This document shows positions 19,385-26,854 of a DNA stretch of 32,000 bases, piece after piece; the stretch's first letter is position 1, and every line of letters starts with the position of its first letter. The notes below the pieces were generated by a model. It saw only the letters and a list, made by a program, of their open reading frames with translations. It did no database searches and was not told the origin of the DNA. The stretch comes from Desulfocapsa sulfexigens DSM 10523 (GTDB taxonomy: Bacteria; Desulfobacterota; Desulfobulbia; Desulfobulbales; Desulfocapsaceae): assembly GCF_000341395.1 (NCBI RefSeq), contig NC_020304.1, positions 2,070,001 to 2,102,000 of the forward strand, given 5' to 3'. The position numbers and the translations under genes were made by a program.

Positions 19385-19597
19385 TCAGGAAAATCCTGAA
19401 CGGGATGAACATCCCGAGAGTGCCCCGGCAGGGATAGTACTTCCTTTTGCAGGTTGGCTTGAGGTGGCTGAAACCATTTTTTTTATGTTGGTGCTCTTGC
19501 AGTGTTTACAACTCACGTTTTCAAGTGCGGAGGCTATCATGATCAGACTTTCAAAGTTCTTACCACAGTCCTCACAATAAAATTCGTAGATTGGCAT
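19385..19597 (-). CDS. FmdB-family zinc-ribbon protein (CxxC...CxxC)
   Basis: MPIYEFYCEDCGKNFE...CKHCKS is followed by a Ser/Gly-rich tail. AGGAG lies 7 nt upstream of the ATG. Confidence 0.8.
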   Translation of the reverse strand: MPIYEFYCEDCGKNFESLIMIASALENVSCKHCKSTNIKKMVSATSSQPAKGSTIPAGALSGCSSRSGFS

Positions 19598-19745
19598 GTG
19601 TCTGCTCCTGTTAAAATATAAAAGATATAAAAGAGTATAAGCCTTAGATGTATTTATTATAGTGTTTATCTTTTACCTGTTTTTGTCAAGATGAGGAAAA
19701 TCTTTTTTAGTAAAATCTAAAATAGGAAGAAAAAGAACGTAAGAA

Positions 19746-20540
19746 ATGTCCATGGAAAAAAAAGATCAGACTCTTGAGTTGCTTCATGAAATCCGCGGAG
19801 TGCTAGCCTGCCATCAGGTGAACTCAATAGACAGTTACCCCGCCAGCAGAGAACTGTTGTCTTTTTTTGAATCCTGTTTAAGACAGTCGGTGGAAGATGC
19901 ACCCCTGAGAGCAGTAGCTGGAACCCCGCAGGATATTCCAAAGCCTAAAGCAGAGTCACGGGCCGTAGATTCCAATCTTTTAGTGCTTGGTGAGATTGCT
20001 GATGAGGTTGCACAGTGCAGAAGTTGTTCGCTCGGTGGACGGGGTTTGAAAACAATGGCGGGGAAGGGCGGTTCTGGGAAAATTCGTCTTCTTATTATCG
20101 GGCACTGGCTGCCAACAGATGATGGAGCTGAGGCCGGGGCGGTTTTTGGAGTAGAAGAAGATCAGATGTTGAGGCGAATGCTGAATGCTATAGATCTCCC
20201 CAGGGAAGATGTCTTTGTGACCAACGTCATTAAGTGTGTGGTGGGTTCAGGGGTTCAGCCCCAGGTAGAGCACATTGATGCCTGCCTCTCATATCTGCAG
20301 CGACAGATTGCAGCTATTTCACCGGAACTGATCTGTACCATGGGGATGGTGGCTGTAAAGACGCTGCTGCGACTTTCTCAGCCACTGTCAAGACTGAGGG
20401 GAAAATTTTACACCTATAAGGGAGCGGAGGGGGTGGAAATACCGTTGTTGCCTACCTATCATCCCGGGTATCTGTTACAGAATCCGGAAATGAAAAATGC
20501 GACATGGCAGGATCTGCAGGCCATTCAGAAAATGCTGTGA
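19746..20540 (+). CDS. Uracil-DNA glycosylase superfamily protein, family-4-like but with a divergent motif A
   Basis: Cys ligands for a 4Fe-4S cluster appear conserved (CRSC ... KC-x16-C). Motif B is present as YHPGYLLQNP. Where GEAPG is expected, the sequence reads IIGHWLPTDDG. The protein also has an N-terminal extension of about 90 aa. Confidence 0.65.
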   Translation: MSMEKKDQTLELLHEIRGVLACHQVNSIDSYPASRELLSFFESCLRQSVEDAPLRAVAGTPQDIPKPKAESRAVDSNLLVLGEIADEVAQCRSCSLGGRGLKTMAGKGGSGKIRLLIIGHWLPTDDGAEAGAVFGVEEDQMLRRMLNAIDLPREDVFVTNVIKCVVGSGVQPQVEHIDACLSYLQRQIAAISPELICTMGMVAVKTLLRLSQPLSRLRGKFYTYKGAEGVEIPLLPTYHPGYLLQNPEMKNATWQDLQAIQKML

Positions 20541-20548
20541 TGGGGACG

Positions 20549-20941
20549 TTATTCGCCTGGTTCGTAGAGTGCAATAAAACCTCTTTGCCCCAGACTCTTT
20601 AGAAAGGCTGCCACCGCTGTTTCTGCTTCCTGACTCGTCACATTGTAGTCCTGCGCGAAAATTCTGATAATATCCTTTACTGTCCGTGTTCCATCAATGA
20701 GCTTCCATACAAAACTCCCCATTCCATCCAGTTGCAGTTTCTTCGTCGGGAGTTCAGCCTGATTTTTACTGAACTTTTGATGCAGGGATGTGAAAAATCG
20801 GCTAAGTGGAATGGGGTAGGTGAAGAGGATGTCGCCATTGTCCAGCTCCTGCCAGTGGATAGTTTCGCTTTGTCTGGGGATGCAGGCAAGGGACTCGGTT
20901 CGGCTGAGGGGCTTGGCTGGATTAGAGAGATTGGATTTCAT
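20549..20941 (-). CDS. PqqD-family protein (peptide chaperone / RiPP recognition element type fold)
   Basis: LQLDGMGSFVWKLIDGTRTVKDIIRIFAQDYNVTSQEAETAVAAFLKSLGQRGFIAL matches the PqqD winged-helix pattern. N-terminal beta-strand-like segments precede it. The ATG overlaps the upstream gene by 20 nt. Confidence 0.7.
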   Translation of the reverse strand: MKSNLSNPAKPLSRTESLACIPRQSETIHWQELDNGDILFTYPIPLSRFFTSLHQKFSKNQAELPTKKLQLDGMGSFVWKLIDGTRTVKDIIRIFAQDYNVTSQEAETAVAAFLKSLGQRGFIALYEPGE

Positions 20942-21806
20942 AGCTCTTCAGGATGGTTGTGATCAGCCTGTTTGGAATAGGTTTTTTATCAAAAAAGAAG
21001 AGGCCGCTGAGGCGATCATGTTCTGGATGGTGGCGCAGGGTAACCCAGTGAAATGGTAGCTTGCGTTTGATCCGGTTGCGAATTTGTTGCAAAATCGATG
21101 GAAAGGAGCAGTGACTGACGTTTCCTTCCATATGCTGAGCATCTTCTTCGGAAATATCCAATTCTCCCAGGATATTCATAATCGTCAGCATGGACGACTT
21201 TTCCAAACGTTGCGAAGCTCCGGCCAGTCGGCAAAGGTGCATGGTGAGTCCCGAGTCAGCAAAAGAGAGGCGAGTGAGGCCGGCACCAAAATTATATCCG
21301 CTTAAGCTGAAACTACCGGGAAGAAGAATTTTGAAATCCTGGATTTCCCAGAGAATCCAGTCGCTTTTATTTTGCCTGTGGCAATGGATTGATTCAATGA
21401 TCTCAGTCAAACACTGGTGGTTTTTGGTTGCAGGGATATCAAAGAAGTAAAGCAAAAGAGTGGTTCCACATTCTTTGCAGATCATGATCGCAGCCTTTGG
21501 TTCTCCTGAGTCATTGTCAGCAAGAAGTGTTAAAGCATATTTTTTTTGCAGTTTCTCCCAGTGGGGTGGCAATTCTTCCAGTACAGTCAATCCGGTTTCG
21601 GCAGCAATCTTATGAAGAGTGGCAGCATTGGAACGTTTATGGTGTCTTTTTCCGTTCTGCCAGCGCAGTTCAAGGACAGGGCGGAAATTTTCTTCAAAAA
21701 GGAGGTGAGTGGGCTTTGTGACGATAGGCTCCCATTGTGTGGGACACTTGAGAGTGATTGTGTTCCAGCCGATTGTGCGGCTGCTGCCATTGATGGAAGT
21801 AGTCAC
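20922..21806 (-). CDS. Hypothetical protein, 294 aa, with no motif I can assign
   Basis: A long ORF in an operon position, 6 nt after the upstream stop and 20 nt overlapping the downstream PqqD-like gene. GTG start. It has a Cys/His-rich patch (ICKECG...HQC...HCH). Confidence 0.6.
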   Translation of the reverse strand: MTTSINGSSRTIGWNTITLKCPTQWEPIVTKPTHLLFEENFRPVLELRWQNGKRHHKRSNAATLHKIAAETGLTVLEELPPHWEKLQKKYALTLLADNDSGEPKAAIMICKECGTTLLLYFFDIPATKNHQCLTEIIESIHCHRQNKSDWILWEIQDFKILLPGSFSLSGYNFGAGLTRLSFADSGLTMHLCRLAGASQRLEKSSMLTIMNILGELDISEEDAQHMEGNVSHCSFPSILQQIRNRIKRKLPFHWVTLRHHPEHDRLSGLFFFDKKPIPNRLITTILKSYEIQSL

Positions 21807-21812
21807 TTGAAA

Positions 21813-22412
21813 TTATTGGGGAATTAGATATGTCCAGTTACTCTCTGCGCGCTGTTTGAGTTGTTCTTCCGTTGCTTTGTTAATGTTTTGACTACACTGT
21901 TTAGAAAAGCAGGCCTGTTCTCTGATGATATTATCAGGGTAGTACAATTTGACCATGTTCCCGGTATTTTCATTCGGATTTCTGGTGTTATGCTGGAGAA
22001 TCAGGTGCACTCTGTTTTCGTTTTCATCTACAAATTTCCATTTCCAGATATGGAGAATACCAAAGGAATCTCCTTTCCATTCGCTTGGATCACCATATTT
22101 TTCCTTATACTTATCGAGCAGCAGATCAAAATATTTTTTACTGGAATCACTGTATTTTAACTTTATTCTTACGATCTCGCCGGGTTTTTCACAAATTGCA
22201 TAGGAAATAATTCCTTTGTCAAATCCATGCCAGTCGTAAATTACAACTTCCTTGAGAAAATTTGAATTTTCGATGTCTGGATAGTCTGTAATATCACTGC
22301 CGAGGATAAAACCACCGATTGCACGCGGTGGCTTTTCGGATGAAAATGCCAGGGGAAGCAGCACAAGAAACTGTGAGAAAATGATACTTATGATGAAAAA
22401 TTGCTTTATCAC
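21813..22412 (-). CDS. Hypothetical secreted protein, 199 aa
   Basis: GTG start with AGAGG 9 nt upstream. The signal peptide is MIKQFFIISIIFSQFLVLLPLAFS. The gene is AT-rich and Lys/Asn-rich. I recognise no family. Confidence 0.6.
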   Translation of the reverse strand: MIKQFFIISIIFSQFLVLLPLAFSSEKPPRAIGGFILGSDITDYPDIENSNFLKEVVIYDWHGFDKGIISYAICEKPGEIVRIKLKYSDSSKKYFDLLLDKYKEKYGDPSEWKGDSFGILHIWKWKFVDENENRVHLILQHNTRNPNENTGNMVKLYYPDNIIREQACFSKQCSQNINKATEEQLKQRAESNWTYLIPQ

Positions 22413-22568
22413 AAAAAAACCTCTATGAGGGGAAAAAAATTAATACTTCTGGCCCTTGTTTATATTACTCTGTATCATGTAATAATGCTTCATTCCAGAT
22501 AATTTAGGTTCCGGTGTTCAATCGCAGGACGGATTCTATAATTACTTCCCATTTTGTCTTCGTAATAT

Positions 22569-25133
22569 ATGAAAAAAACGGCAAAAAAAAACAGTGTTCG
22601 CATTACGGAACGCTCTCTTTTTTACTGGATACTCCGGCGACATCGATCTACCCAACTGTTATTATTGTTAATTATTGTTGTCAGTCTGTTTTTTAAAGTA
22701 TTTCCCCTCGAGATGCAGAAGCGTATTATCAATGAGGCCATTTACTTAAAAGAAATCCAGTTGTTGTATCTCTACTGTGGCCTTTATATTGGGGCAGTTA
22801 CAGTTGCAGGGTTGCTTAAATATGGGATTAACATTCTTCAGGTATACATAGGCCAGAAAATTCTGGTGGAGATGCGTGAGGAGCTCTATCGTCATGTTTT
22901 GCAACTCCCCCTGCAGTTTTACCGAAAAATGCAACCAGGTACTGTTATTTCCGCAATGACAGCAGAGCTTAACGCCATCGGGTTCTTTCTTGGCGGCGCA
23001 CTTGCCATCCCCATCACAAGTGTTTTAACCTTTGTTGTTTTTATCGGGTTTATGTTTAACCTGAATAAATGGCTTGCACTGTTGAGTATGGCGATTTATC
23101 CCTTTGAGCTTATTGTTCTCCCCTATCTGCAAAAAAAATATAACACTCTCAATACGGAGCGTGTGAAAACCACCCGATCAATGGCGAATGTGGTAAACGA
23201 AGCCATCTCCGGAATTCATGAAATTCATGGAAACACCAGTTACCAATTGGAGGGAAAAAAGCTATCCTCCTATATTGCTGAATTATATCGACTGGTAAAG
23301 AAATTATTTATTGTAAAATATGGTATCAAGTTCGCCAATAATTTTTTCCAGTCACTGGGGCCATTTGTTCTTTTTCTCGTAGGTGGATACATGGCCATTC
23401 ATGGACAATTCACCCTCGGTGCTCTGGTCGCTTTTCTCTCGGCCTATGAAAAGGTATATGACCCCTGGAAGGAGCTCATTGAGTATTACCAGAGTTATCA
23501 GGATGCGCTGATCCGTTATCGTCAGATTATGCAGATTTTTGACTTTGAGCCACCTCATCTTATGCTGTTACCGGGGCGTGATCCTTTGGCACTGCAGGGT
23601 CAAATCAGCTTAAAGAATGTGACATATACTGTGCCTAGTGGAGTAAGGCTCCTTGAAAATATAAACCTTGAGATCAAGCCCAATGAGCAGATAGCTTTGG
23701 TTGGGTATTCGGGGTCGGGGAAGTCGACTCTTGCCTTGCTCATTGCACAACTGTATGACCCCAGCCAGGGGCGTATCGATTTTGATAAGAATTCACTTGA
23801 AGATCTCTCCAAAATGGATGTCGGCCATAATGTGGCAATGATAGCTCAGCAACCTTTTATCTTTTCCGGTACTATTCTCGACAATCTGCTTTATGGCGTT
23901 CAGGCAATTTCAGGCCAAAAGGAAATGCCCGAAAAATTGGTAATTCTTTCAGTAATCAAGAATGTTGGCCTTCAGGAAGACATTATCCGTTTTGGCCTTC
24001 AGGCAGTTCTCTCGATTGAGGAATGCCGTCCCTTCAGAGACAAATTTCTCCGTATGCGACAGATTATCCAGACGACTTTACGGGATGACTTTGAGTCTGC
24101 CATAGAATTTTATGATGTTGATAAATTTCTGTATTATTCAAGTATTCGGGACAATATCATTTTTGGTGACAGTTTGAGTGGTGAATTTACCGTTGAACGT
24201 TTACCGGGACATCTTCGCTTTGTCGGAGTACTTAATGAACTGAAGCTTGAGAAACCTCTTTTGACTCTGGGGTTTGCTATTGCCACCCAGACCGTTAATT
24301 TGTTGGCTAATTTTCAAGATGACGAGTTTTTCTTCCGGGATAATCCTATGGAGGTAAGTGAATTTCCAGTTTACAGTAAATTGCTTGGCCGTTTAAAAAG
24401 CCCACAGCCAAAAGATGAAGAGGCCCGTAGATTGTTGCTTATCCTGGCTCTTCGGTTTATTCCTAAGAAACATTCCATTATTTCGCTTCCTTCGGCTATG
24501 GAACAGAAAATTCTTCAGGCACGGCATCGTTTTCAAGAGACGGTTGTCGGTGTTGATATAGATCATTGTAAAAAACATGATGCCTGTACTCCGTGTAGTG
24601 TAATTCAAAAAAGTACTGAAAAAACTGGATTTATTCCATTTTGTCCCAGTGAGTATTTATATACTCGTACGCTCCTTGAAAATATTCTGTTTGGTGCCGT
24701 TAAATCTGAAGATGTTCTGGATGAGTATCTTCGGAAAATTGCTGCCGAAGCGTTTAAGGATGAAAAACTTCTCGACGAGGTTATGCATATCGGGCTTCAA
24801 TTTGAAGTCGGAAGTAAAGGTGACCGATTGTCTGGAGGACAGAAGCAAAAACTTGCCATCGCCAGGGCATTTTTAAAGGACGCCCCGATTCTCATCATGG
24901 ATGAGGCAACGGCGAGCCTCGACAATACTTCCCAGGCCGGTATTCAGGGTTTGCTGGAAAATGAATTCAAGGGTAAAAAAACCGTTGTTGCCGTGATCCA
25001 TCGTCTGGATTTGACCCCGGCATATGATCGTATTATTGTATTGAAGGCTGGAAGGATAGTTGAACAGGGCACATATGATGAATTGATGGCATGCAAAGGA
25101 GATTTTTATGAACTCACTCGGGCAGAATCCTGA
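22569..25133 (+). CDS. ABC exporter (fused TMD-NBD) with a large insertion inside the NBD
   Basis: The N-terminal 6-TM exporter domain ends in the typical coupling region. Walker A is GYSGSGKST (nt 23703-23729) and the Q-loop is IAQQP. The signature LSGGQKQK appears only at nt 24828. Walker B is ILIMDEATASLD and the H-loop is AVIHR. A perfect TATAAT lies at 22537-22542. Confidence 0.9.
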   Translation: MKKTAKKNSVRITERSLFYWILRRHRSTQLLLLLIIVVSLFFKVFPLEMQKRIINEAIYLKEIQLLYLYCGLYIGAVTVAGLLKYGINILQVYIGQKILVEMREELYRHVLQLPLQFYRKMQPGTVISAMTAELNAIGFFLGGALAIPITSVLTFVVFIGFMFNLNKWLALLSMAIYPFELIVLPYLQKKYNTLNTERVKTTRSMANVVNEAISGIHEIHGNTSYQLEGKKLSSYIAELYRLVKKLFIVKYGIKFANNFFQSLGPFVLFLVGGYMAIHGQFTLGALVAFLSAYEKVYDPWKELIEYYQSYQDALIRYRQIMQIFDFEPPHLMLLPGRDPLALQGQISLKNVTYTVPSGVRLLENINLEIKPNEQIALVGYSGSGKSTLALLIAQLYDPSQGRIDFDKNSLEDLSKMDVGHNVAMIAQQPFIFSGTILDNLLYGVQAISGQKEMPEKLVILSVIKNVGLQEDIIRFGLQAVLSIEECRPFRDKFLRMRQIIQTTLRDDFESAIEFYDVDKFLYYSSIRDNIIFGDSLSGEFTVERLPGHLRFVGVLNELKLEKPLLTLGFAIATQTVNLLANFQDDEFFFRDNPMEVSEFPVYSKLLGRLKSPQPKDEEARRLLLILALRFIPKKHSIISLPSAMEQKILQARHRFQETVVGVDIDHCKKHDACTPCSVIQKSTEKTGFIPFCPSEYLYTRTLLENILFGAVKSEDVLDEYLRKIAAEAFKDEKLLDEVMHIGLQFEVGSKGDRLSGGQKQKLAIARAFLKDAPILIMDEATASLDNTSQAGIQGLLENEFKGKKTVVAVIHRLDLTPAYDRIIVLKAGRIVEQGTYDELMACKGDFYELTRAES

Positions 25134-25650
25134 TCCACCCGTGATCAATCAACTCACTTGTACCCAGGAATTCTTGAACAGATGCCCTCTTTTTTCCGGG
25201 GCACCAGCTGGTGTCGTGGGGCTTTTTGCTTACCTTGCCAAAAGGGAGGAATATCTGAAGGGCCAGGACATATTGACTCAGGGGAAGCATTGTGACCGGC
25301 TTTTTCTCATACTTTCAGGTAAGGTTGATATTTTCCAGAATCATTCTGGGCGACGTTTTCATTTACAGCTTCTTTGCGAAGATTCTATCAATTATTTTGG
25401 AGAACTTGCTCTTCTCGCTGAGTTTGACTGGTTTTTTTCTGCACGTGCCTGGACCGATGTGAAGCTGCTCACCATCAGTCGTGAAGCTTTCAGTAAAGTC
25501 ATGGAGCGATACCCCGGATCCTACCAGAGCATGGTCCAGAAAATTATCAATCTCCGCATCAATCGTTTTGTTGACCAGCAACAGTATCTGATGGATCATA
25601 TCTCTTCCGATGCCTGGCGGGAAGATCCGTCTCAAGAAATTTTTTCATAG
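25108..25650 (+). CDS. Stand-alone cyclic-nucleotide-binding (CAP effector-type) domain protein with no DNA-binding domain
   Basis: The sequence reads FLNRCPLFSG...YLKGQDILTQGKHCDRLFLILSGKVDIF...FGELALL...SARA, that is a beta-roll plus a phosphate-binding-cassette-like segment. The start overlaps the ABC gene by 26 nt. Confidence 0.8.
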   Translation: MNSLGQNPDPPVINQLTCTQEFLNRCPLFSGAPAGVVGLFAYLAKREEYLKGQDILTQGKHCDRLFLILSGKVDIFQNHSGRRFHLQLLCEDSINYFGELALLAEFDWFFSARAWTDVKLLTISREAFSKVMERYPGSYQSMVQKIINLRINRFVDQQQYLMDHISSDAWREDPSQEIFS

Positions 25651-25660
25651 AGGGAGTGTC

Positions 25661-26149
25661 ATGTCAGCTAAAGTATCATTATTCTATGTTATTTTTATGT
25701 TTTTCGTTCTTGTGGCGCTGGATGGCTGTGTGTCCGTTTCTTCTTCCACCTTTGGCCTTCAAAAACGAATGGAAGTTGAACAACTTTTTGAATCCGGCAC
25801 CCTTTTACCTGACCACACATATTACATTGACGGGTCAGAGGTTGAGCCCGATGCTATCATTGCTATTTCGAAAAAATTTCATCTGCAGACGAAGATCTGG
25901 ACCAGGAGAGAATGGACAGCTGAAGAGTTCAAGAAGGCCGTTTTCTGGATGCAGACTGGAGAGTATGGTTTTTGCAACACTGAAGGGGGAGTGTTGATAG
26001 CACCCGATGGTCAACAGATAGGTTTCTGGTACTCAAAAAGGGATATTGGTACCATTCGACAACCAGCTCCTGGGACTGTTGAGGTGTTTCCATTTAAATT
26101 CAGACCTGGGTCTCCATGCAGTCGTCAAGACATGATTGATGATTTATGA
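25661..26149 (+). CDS. Putative lipoprotein of unknown function
   Basis: The ATG at 25661 is preceded by AGGGAG. The signal peptide carries a lipobox (VLVALDGC). The ORF track's 25610 start would overlap the previous gene. Confidence 0.65.
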   Translation: MSAKVSLFYVIFMFFVLVALDGCVSVSSSTFGLQKRMEVEQLFESGTLLPDHTYYIDGSEVEPDAIIAISKKFHLQTKIWTRREWTAEEFKKAVFWMQTGEYGFCNTEGGVLIAPDGQQIGFWYSKRDIGTIRQPAPGTVEVFPFKFRPGSPCSRQDMIDDL

Positions 26150-26203
26150 TACTAGTTCTGTTTCGGTCTCTCTTACCTACAATTCAACTCTTTGAGTTTA
26201 CTC

Positions 26204-26794
26204 ATGCCTGTATATTCTCTCTATTTTGCTCTGTTTTGGGTCCTGTTTACTGTTTCCCCGGTTCTTGCAGGAAATTCACAACATATTATTGAACAGATCA
26301 GTCACGACCTGGAGCAGACCACTGACCTGCAGGCAAAAAGCAGTTTACACATCTACCGGGCCAGACAATATGCCAAAATTAACAAATTTGAACTGGCCCT
26401 GGAGGATTATAATGATGCCCTGGAACTTACTCATAAGGGCTGGATTCATCTGGAGCGCAGTCATCTACTTCTTGCAGCGGGGAAATATGAATTAGCCTAC
26501 GAAGATGCAAATGCGGCCAAGGAGGAGGTTCCGACGCTCACCAGGGAGGCTGATAAAGTTATTGAAAAGGCCGTGGCAGAAGTGAGGAGACAATATGAGG
26601 CAGAAAATCCCATTTCTATTGTAATGGACAGCAAGGTGAACCCATACAGAAAAACCCGTTTTGACCTGATGAAGAAACAGGGAGTGGGGATGTTTGCTGC
26701 CAGTTCTCAAAGAAGAGCCAATAGTGCTGCTGGAAAACATAAAGCTGTAACCAGACAGACAACGTCAAAGTGTGCTCCAAAAGCAAGGAGCTGA
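26204..26794 (+). CDS. Secreted protein with TPR-like helical repeats
   Basis: The signal peptide is MPVYSLYFALFWVLFTVSPVLAG. Repeats of the type A..Y.....F..A..DY..AL occur (ARQYAKINKFELALEDYNDALEL; LLLAAGKYELAYEDANAA). The C-terminal tail is basic. Confidence 0.5.
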   Translation: MPVYSLYFALFWVLFTVSPVLAGNSQHIIEQISHDLEQTTDLQAKSSLHIYRARQYAKINKFELALEDYNDALELTHKGWIHLERSHLLLAAGKYELAYEDANAAKEEVPTLTREADKVIEKAVAEVRRQYEAENPISIVMDSKVNPYRKTRFDLMKKQGVGMFAASSQRRANSAAGKHKAVTRQTTSKCAPKARS

Positions 26795-26808
26795 CGTAGA
26801 CGCTAGTA

Positions 26809-26826
26809 GCCCATAAGTTTATGGGC
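26809..26826. terminator. Palindromic hairpin between convergent genes
   Basis: GCCCATAA-gt-TTATGGGC is a perfect palindrome. There is no clear U-tract on either strand, so its function as a terminator is uncertain. Confidence 0.35.
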
Positions 26827-26854
26827 CATTCTGAGCTAAGATGAAGAGGAAGGA

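Noticed and set aside
19616-19641. Tandem 9-mer ATATAAAAG repeated twice, plus a degenerate third copy, upstream of the zinc-ribbon gene
   Set aside because: It is very short, AT-rich and sits in a promoter region. It most likely just reflects promoter / UP-element composition.
22425-22696. Small ORFs in the divergent control region, considered as RiPP precursor candidates: a 25-aa ORF at 22425..22502 (MRGKKLILLALVYITLYHVIMLHSR) and a 60-aa ORF at 22514..22696
   Set aside because: Neither has a Shine-Dalgarno sequence. The first overlaps the RBS of the divergent gene, and the second overlaps the start of the ABC gene out of frame. They cannot be excluded without conservation data, but nothing positive supports them.
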